Assembly: GCA_016197285.1 (NCBI GenBank)
Contig: JACPWD010000019.1
Span: 37,992-101,991 of the forward strand
Source: Deltaproteobacteria bacterium
GTDB taxonomy: Bacteria > Desulfobacterota > Binatia > Bin18
DNA: 64,000 bases
Direction: 5' to 3'
The translations under genes and the position numbers were made by a program. A model generated the notes under the pieces. It had not been told where the DNA came from and searched no databases. It saw only the letters and a list, made by a program, of their open reading frames with translations. This document shows positions 59,094-64,000 of this stretch, piece by piece; position 1 is the stretch's first letter; each line of letters opens with the position of its first letter.

Positions 59094-60092
59094 ATGGTGG
59101 GGATGCCGCAACGATCTCGTAACCGAGGTAAGAATTTTCAATCGTCAGACCGTCAACCACGGTTCTCGCGCGACTCGCGCGGACCAAAAGCGCGGCCTGC
59201 TAGAGCCGCTTCACCTTCGGCCGCCCTGCAAGAATTTCAAGCCCGAGTCGCGATCACCCCGAATCGTAAGATTCCTTTGGCAGGGCCGGACGCCCCTCTC
59301 ACTTTGCGGGTGCTCGACCTCATTTGCCCCATCGGCTTCGGTCAACGCGCTTTAATTTTAGCGCCGCCGCGAACCGGAAAGACGACCTTTCTGAGAGATT
59401 TATGCTTGGGCGTGACCGCTGGTGCGCCGACTGCCCTCCTGTATGCGCTCTTGGTGGATGAACGGCCGGAAGAAGTGACGGATTTTCGTCGTTCGGTGCA
59501 GGCCGAGGTATTTGCCTCTTCCAATGACCGCTCGTTAGAAGAGCATTTAGCCACGGCAGCCACATGTTTAGAGAAAGCCATCACCGAAGCGCTGACCGGG
59601 AAAGATGTTGTCATCGTGGTGGACTCCCTCACGCGCTTGTCGCGCGCCCATAACCTCAACACCAGTACTGGCCGGACCATGAGCGGTGGGATCGACGCCA
59701 ACGCTTTGGAACTGCCGAAGCGCTTCTTCGGCGCGGCACGGCAGCTGGAAAATAGCGGCTCGCTGACCATTATTGCCACCGCGCTGATCGACACTGGGAG
59801 CCGCATGGATGAAGTGATTGCGCAGGAGTTCAAAGGCACTGGGAACACGGAAGTGCTGCTGGACCGACGGCTCGCGGATCGCCGCATCTTTCCCGCGATC
59901 GATATCGCCAAATCCGGCACCCGCAAAGAAGAGCAGTTGCTCGATCCCGCCGCGCTCAAAGTCTCTCATCTGCTTCGTCGCCACTGCGCGGAGCAAACCA
60001 CAGTAGAGGCGACGAAACTCCTACTGACGTTTTTCGAGAAGACGCCGTCAAACGAGGCGTTAATCGCCGAGCTGAGCAGAGAGTCGCTCTGA
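59094..60092 (+). CDS. rho: Transcription termination factor Rho ATPase domain protein lacking the N-terminal OB-fold RNA-binding domain (Arg-rich N-terminus instead)
   Basis: RVLDLICPIGFGQRALILAPPRTGKTTFL (Walker A), LLVDERPEEVTDFRRSVQAEV, TIIATALIDTGSRMDEVIAQEFKGTGNTEVLLDRRLADRRIFPAIDIAKSGTRKEE, about 70% identical to the E. coli Rho C-terminal domain. Only ~60 aa precede the connector (MVGMPQRSRNRGKNFQSSDRQPRFSRDSRGPKARPARAASP...). The hyuA start on the opposite strand leaves no room for an N-terminal domain. Confidence 0.8.
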   Translation: MVGMPQRSRNRGKNFQSSDRQPRFSRDSRGPKARPARAASPSAALQEFQARVAITPNRKIPLAGPDAPLTLRVLDLICPIGFGQRALILAPPRTGKTTFLRDLCLGVTAGAPTALLYALLVDERPEEVTDFRRSVQAEVFASSNDRSLEEHLATAATCLEKAITEALTGKDVVIVVDSLTRLSRAHNLNTSTGRTMSGGIDANALELPKRFFGAARQLENSGSLTIIATALIDTGSRMDEVIAQEFKGTGNTEVLLDRRLADRRIFPAIDIAKSGTRKEEQLLDPAALKVSHLLRRHCAEQTTVEATKLLLTFFEKTPSNEALIAELSRESL

Positions 60093-60357
60093 GGCTGAGG
60101 GGAAAATAACGATGCAGACGGAGACTCCTATCTCGGGTGTTCGCGCGACACAGCAACAGAGGATGCACGTTGCTAAATGGAGGAACCCTTGTTACGAGAT
60201 GGAGGAATTTACTTGTTCCTAAATGTAGAAGCATCGCGGTTGCTACATCTAGGAACACATCGCTAGTAGTAGCAGCAGGTTGCTACTACTAGGAACAGGC
60301 TGAAGTCGTCTAATTTATGTTAGACGGCTTCGTAATGAATGACCAGGAGGAGGGCGT

Positions 60358-61344
60358 GTGTTTCACGATCTGGTTGTCGCCATCCGGACGTCTCGCTCAG
60401 CATTCAGCTTTCTTGTGCTTGGTCTCCTATGCAGCGTCGCAACGATCGGGAGCGCGTGGTATCTGAATGAGGCCCTCACTCGTCTGCTGCCAGCACTGCT
60501 AGCTGAAGGTGCATTGATTTTTCTTTCGGCGCTGGTAATCGAGCGGACGCTTCTGCGCGAGTTCGATTCATCCGCCCATGAGCGGACAGAACGACTTACC
60601 GAAGATGTCACGGCGTCGATCACAACATTCTTCAAGGACAGGTTTGATGACTTCCAACTGTCCGATGAATATCAAGTCCACTTTGCGCCACCCAGGCGCT
60701 CAGGTTCAAGACATCCCCTCGAGACATATGACAAGATCGCTGAAGCAATTAGCAGAGCCAAGACATTGAGAATCTGCTGCACGTCTGGCATCGATATCTT
60801 CCCTCCGCCGAACACGATTCCGACGCCAATCGTGACAATGATTCGTAACAGAGTCCAGAGGCCCGAGACGTTCTCCATTACAGTGTTGTCGTGCGATCCG
60901 ACTGGTGAATACGCCAGAATCCGCGGCAGACTCGAGAACAAGGTGAATCCTAACTATCTTCAGCGAGATATCGAGGACTCTCAACTATGCCTGAATCAAA
61001 TAGCGTACTCGGCCAAACCCGAGTTCACCTGGCTGTGGCTCACACACCGCGCGATGCCACAGGCGTGGTTCGCTCTTACCGAAACGGATGGCTTCATCGA
61101 GATCTATCACTTTGGACTGGGACGGCGAGATCCTGGTGACGGCAACTCTTGCATCGGAGGTCGGATTCCGATTCTCCACGTCTCCGCAGGTTCTAGCCTG
61201 TGGCAAGCTATGAACGAGTATTTCGACTTCCTCGTGACGCCAAATACTGATACAGAGATAGAGAGAATCCGAACCGAGTATTTTGGAGTCACGGTCGTGC
61301 AGCAGGGCCGAGGTGCCGACGGGCAGACAACTACCGCAAGTTGA
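60358..61344 (+). CDS. Hypothetical membrane protein (two N-terminal transmembrane helices plus ~230-aa soluble domain of unknown family), lower-GC; immediately upstream of the TIR gene
   Basis: GTG/TTG start with a strong RBS (ACCAGGAGGAGGG). Transmembrane helices SAFSFLVLGLLCSVATIGSAWYL and GALIFLSALVIERTLL. I find no recognisable catalytic motifs. Confidence 0.6.
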   Translation: MFHDLVVAIRTSRSAFSFLVLGLLCSVATIGSAWYLNEALTRLLPALLAEGALIFLSALVIERTLLREFDSSAHERTERLTEDVTASITTFFKDRFDDFQLSDEYQVHFAPPRRSGSRHPLETYDKIAEAISRAKTLRICCTSGIDIFPPPNTIPTPIVTMIRNRVQRPETFSITVLSCDPTGEYARIRGRLENKVNPNYLQRDIEDSQLCLNQIAYSAKPEFTWLWLTHRAMPQAWFALTETDGFIEIYHFGLGRRDPGDGNSCIGGRIPILHVSAGSSLWQAMNEYFDFLVTPNTDTEIERIRTEYFGVTVVQQGRGADGQTTTAS

Positions 61345-61556
61345 GGGGCCGTCTAACACGCGCCTGAAGCCGGCACGCCCATCATTTCGCTGCGGCGTGC
61401 GGCTTAGGCGCAATCGTTAGCTGGTCATGAAGCAAGCTTCACCACGCAGAATGAAATAGGGACGAGCGAGCGAATTCAGGGACTTAGCCTGCTATTCCAG
61501 AGCAGGCCACTAGGACTAGATTGCACTGTAGGGTTCAAGAATCGCAAGGATGACTT

Positions 61557-62498
61557 ATGATTCCGTCGGCATTCATTTCTTATTCCTGGGACGATGACGC
61601 TCACAAGGAGTGGGTCCGCACGCTTGCCGAGCGTCTTCGCGCGGATGGCGTCGACGTCATTCTCGACAGATGGGCAACAGTCCCAGGAGATCAACTCCCT
61701 GCCTTCATGGAGGGGGCTATCCGCGAAAACCAGTTTATTGTCATTATCTGCACCCCTCGTTATAAGAGCCGCTCAGACGCACGTGAGGGTGGCGTCGGCT
61801 ACGAGGGAGACATCATGACAGCAGAAGCCATGACTTGGCAGAACAATCGCAAGTTCATTCCAGTATTGCGAAGCGGCACTTGGCCCCTAGCCGCGCCATC
61901 TTGGCTCGCCGGGAAGTACTACATCAACCTCTCGGGCAATCCCTACTCTGAGCGAGATTACGAGGACCTCGTCCGTACGTTACTGGGGATCCGCGAGACT
62001 GCGCCACCGATTGGCAAGCCGATGGCAACGGTCAATCCAAACACGAACCCACAGCCCGAAGCATCACGCCGCAGCCCTAGCGTAGACTTCGAAGACATCA
62101 AGATCATGCGCGTGATCGTCGAAGACATTACGGAGCCGCGTAACGACGGCACCCGGGGGAGTGCTCTATACGCTATTCCCTTCGCCCTTTCTCGCCGACC
62201 ACCTGCGGAATGGGCGGAGCTGTTCATAGCCAACTGGAACCATCCTCCTCGGTTTACTACGATGCCCCGGCCCGGGATCGCAAGGATTTATGGCACCACG
62301 GTGACGCTAGATGGAACGACCATCGAGGAAGTCGAGCGGTACCATCGCGATACACTCCAGTTGGCGGTCGCTGAAGCCAATCGGCAATACCGTGAGTGGC
62401 GACACAAGCAGGAGCAACTCCGTGCGCAGGAGCAGGCACAGCATGAAGAACACCAAAAACGTGTCGAGGATATCTCAAAGCGTATCAGGTTCGACTGA
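61557..62498 (+). CDS. TIR-domain protein (N-terminal TIR/TIR-like fold, C-terminal ~150-aa unknown domain)
   Basis: AFISYSWDDDAHKEWVRTLAERLRADGVDVILDRW...PGDQLPAFMEGAIRENQFIVIICTPRYKSRSDAREG: the FISYS...D..PG...I..ai..s...ivi.S..Y pattern of bacterial TIR_2/DUF1863 domains. ATG at 61557 (RBS AAGGA). Confidence 0.75.
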   Translation: MIPSAFISYSWDDDAHKEWVRTLAERLRADGVDVILDRWATVPGDQLPAFMEGAIRENQFIVIICTPRYKSRSDAREGGVGYEGDIMTAEAMTWQNNRKFIPVLRSGTWPLAAPSWLAGKYYINLSGNPYSERDYEDLVRTLLGIRETAPPIGKPMATVNPNTNPQPEASRRSPSVDFEDIKIMRVIVEDITEPRNDGTRGSALYAIPFALSRRPPAEWAELFIANWNHPPRFTTMPRPGIARIYGTTVTLDGTTIEEVERYHRDTLQLAVAEANRQYREWRHKQEQLRAQEQAQHEEHQKRVEDISKRIRFD

Positions 62499-62523
62499 GG
62501 CGTGGCCTAACGAACCGCTGCAC

Positions 62524-62688
62524 GTGACCGCCGCCCGCTGGCGGCTTGGGATGAAGCCGAATGGTTTCGGGTGGGTGGCTCGCGGTGCGCTGGAGCGTGA
62601 TGGTGCGGAGTCTGATGCTGAACTGCATTGGTATGAGGCGCATGGCATGGGCAAGAAGGAAATGAAGGTGAAAGAATTGCTGGATTGA
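62524..62688 (+). CDS. Small ORF (54 aa, GTG start) sharing a conserved 23-aa block (AARW.LG.KP..FGW.ARGALER) with the truncated copy at 63024-63119
   Basis: Copy A of a duplicated ~100-bp segment (62504-62605 vs 63009-63105). The substitutions between copies preserve an ungapped reading frame, which argues for coding rather than RNA conservation. GWVARGALERDGAESDAEL weakly resembles the GSxARGx5SDxD motif of minimal nucleotidyltransferases. Confidence 0.35.
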   Translation: MTAARWRLGMKPNGFGWVARGALERDGAESDAELHWYEAHGMGKKEMKVKELLD

Positions 62689-62693
62689 ACACT

Positions 62694-62933
62694 ATGAAGA
62701 CAGAAGAAGCTCCCCCGCAGTTTGCCGTATGTATCCAGAATGCCGGCTACCCGGCTTCCTTAGAGTTGCGGAAGATTTATCAAGTGCTGCTTGATGAGAA
62801 AGCGGCCAAGCATGACCTGGTCCGGGTGATTGATGAATCAGGCGAAGATTACCTGTACCCGCAGAGGTTCTTCGTTCCTATCGAGTTGCCGCAGGCTGCA
62901 GAAGAAGCCTTCCTGCAAGGAGCCTCAGTATGA
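62694..62933 (+). CDS. Hypothetical small protein (79 aa)
   Basis: ORF between the two repeat copies. Weak RBS. Unknown family. Confidence 0.35.
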   Translation: MKTEEAPPQFAVCIQNAGYPASLELRKIYQVLLDEKAAKHDLVRVIDESGEDYLYPQRFFVPIELPQAAEEAFLQGASV

Positions 62934-63023
62934 ATGAGGAGGCGCAGCCGAGATCAAGAAAGATGAGAGGCAAGGCCGCAGCGTCCTGCCACCAGAGAGA
63001 ATAGAGGCGGCCTAACCAACCGC

Positions 63024-63119
63024 ATGCTGGCCGCCCGCGTGTGGTTTGGAGTGAACCCGAAAAGCCGCGGTTGGGCAGCTCGCGGTGCGCTGGAACGTTG
63101 GACGCTATCGGTTCTATGA
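63024..63119 (+). pseudogene. Truncated paralog (31 codons) of the small ORF at 62524-62688
   Basis: MLAARVWFGVNPKSRGWAARGALERWTLSVL*. The conserved block is followed by divergence and an early stop. Confidence 0.3.
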
Positions 63120-63272
63120 AGACTTTCGCCAGCTCGTATCGCCAGCAAAAGCGTTGACACGCTTGACGAAGTTTGATACTCACTGCACGCTCGAACACGG
63201 TTTTGGGCCTCCCGATCTTCAAACGATCCTCTGTCCCGAACCGAAAACAGCTTTGAACGGAGGAAGGAACCG

Positions 63273-63695
63273 ATGATGAGTAAGCGCACCCTAATTGTCG
63301 CCATTGCCGCTTCGTTGCTCTTCATAGCCTCCTGCAAACGTCAGTCGACAACCAATACAGGACTCCAGCCGAATACCATCAAAGAGTTTACTTTCCAAGG
63401 CGGAACCTTCAAGGATGGCAAGATTAATGTCGCTCCCGACATTAAGGTCGAGCCGGGGCAGGCGAAGAATACCGTTACGCTGATGCGTCCCAATGGTAAC
63501 GGGATCAAGGTAACCTGCTTTTGCGTACTCGAAGGTGGAGATTGTTGGGCCGTAAGCAACCCAATACCAGGAGGCGTTGGAGTTGGTTGCGCCTCACAAA
63601 ATTGTGCTGGAGGGGGAGAACCGTTCTGCTTCATGGACATTGGCGATGATGCGAACGGATTCAATATTCGACTCGCCGTCGCCAGCAGGCAATAA
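63273..63695 (+). CDS. Cys-rich secreted lipoprotein, hypothetical
   Basis: Lipobox LLFIASC. 8 Cys in the mature part (VTCFCVLEGGDCWAV...GCASQNCAGGGEPFCF). 140 aa. Confidence 0.55.
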   Translation: MMSKRTLIVAIAASLLFIASCKRQSTTNTGLQPNTIKEFTFQGGTFKDGKINVAPDIKVEPGQAKNTVTLMRPNGNGIKVTCFCVLEGGDCWAVSNPIPGGVGVGCASQNCAGGGEPFCFMDIGDDANGFNIRLAVASRQ

Positions 63696-63941
63696 AGTGT
63701 CACAGAACTGGGAGCGGTACGACCGGGTCATAAACTCAGCTTGGCGGAATCCGCTCATTGGTTCTGTCAACCGTTAAAGCGGGCTTGGGATTTCGGACGG
63801 CGTGATCCCCTGGTTACGCTCGCTGCGCTCACTCACCCGCAGCTATTATCTGTCGCCGCTTCGCGGCTCGTCGATGCCAACAAACCAAGTTGAGTTTATG
63901 ATTGCGTCGGTTCGGCTTATCTAAGGAAATGTTGCTCACCT

Positions 63942-64000
63942 ATGCGCGTGCTGCTTGACGAATGGGTCTCGCGTCCCCTGAGACGAGAACTGCCTGGGCA
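63942..64000 (+). CDS. DUF5615-family (PIN-like, Mut7-C-related) protein, 5' fragment at the window edge
   Basis: MRVLLDEWVSRPLRRELPG matches the characteristic DUF5615 N-terminus (MRxLLDExxxxxLxxxL). Truncated by the window end, hence absent from the ORF track. Confidence 0.5.
   Translation, partial: MRVLLDEWVSRPLRRELPG

Noticed and set aside
63700-63941. Possible DUF433 antitoxin gene upstream of the DUF5615 start
   Set aside because: DUF5615 genes are usually preceded by a DUF433 gene. None of the three forward frames there gives a DUF433-like sequence or a clean ORF. I note it only as an absence.

Overview
This is a densely coding, high-GC (~60–65%) bacterial chromosomal segment. I could not find any rRNA or tRNA genes. 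The core content is: (i) nitrogen-control genes, namely a porin–PII (glnB) operon and glutamine synthetase adenylyltransferase (glnE), followed by an S1-domain protein, PepP and a lipoprotein; (ii) a MoxR AAA+ / DUF58 / vWA 'Bat-like' operon interrupted by a lower-GC Type II restriction–modification pair (Dam-like methyltransferase plus HNH nuclease); (iii) a sigma-54 (NtrC-type) response regulator next to two universal stress protein (usp) genes and an hsp20–cupin operon, with Usp and Hsp20 each carrying a well-spaced sigma-54 promoter; (iv) a PAS-kinase / receiver / PAS-kinase cluster next to a TPR adenylyl cyclase, which is divergent from an MMPL/RND transporter fused to a cNMP-binding domain; (v) housekeeping and hydrolytic enzymes (thiolase, UppP, CocE/NonD hydrolase, alkaline phosphatase, gamma-carbonic anhydrase, HyuA, carbamate kinase). 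The window ends in a lower-GC accessory island at about 59.1–64.0 kb. That island encodes a Rho ATPase lacking the N-terminal OB-fold RNA-binding domain, a palindrome-rich intergenic region, a two-transmembrane-helix protein of unknown function, a TIR-domain protein (a Thoeris-like two-gene architecture), duplicated small ORFs, a Cys-rich lipoprotein and the start of a DUF5615 PIN-like gene. Interspersed elements are two copies of a nested-palindrome repeat (MITE-like), a REP-like palindrome family and a two-repeat CRISPR-like mini-array. The ORF track omits ORFs truncated by the window edge. Several long antisense ORFs in the track are high-GC artefacts.
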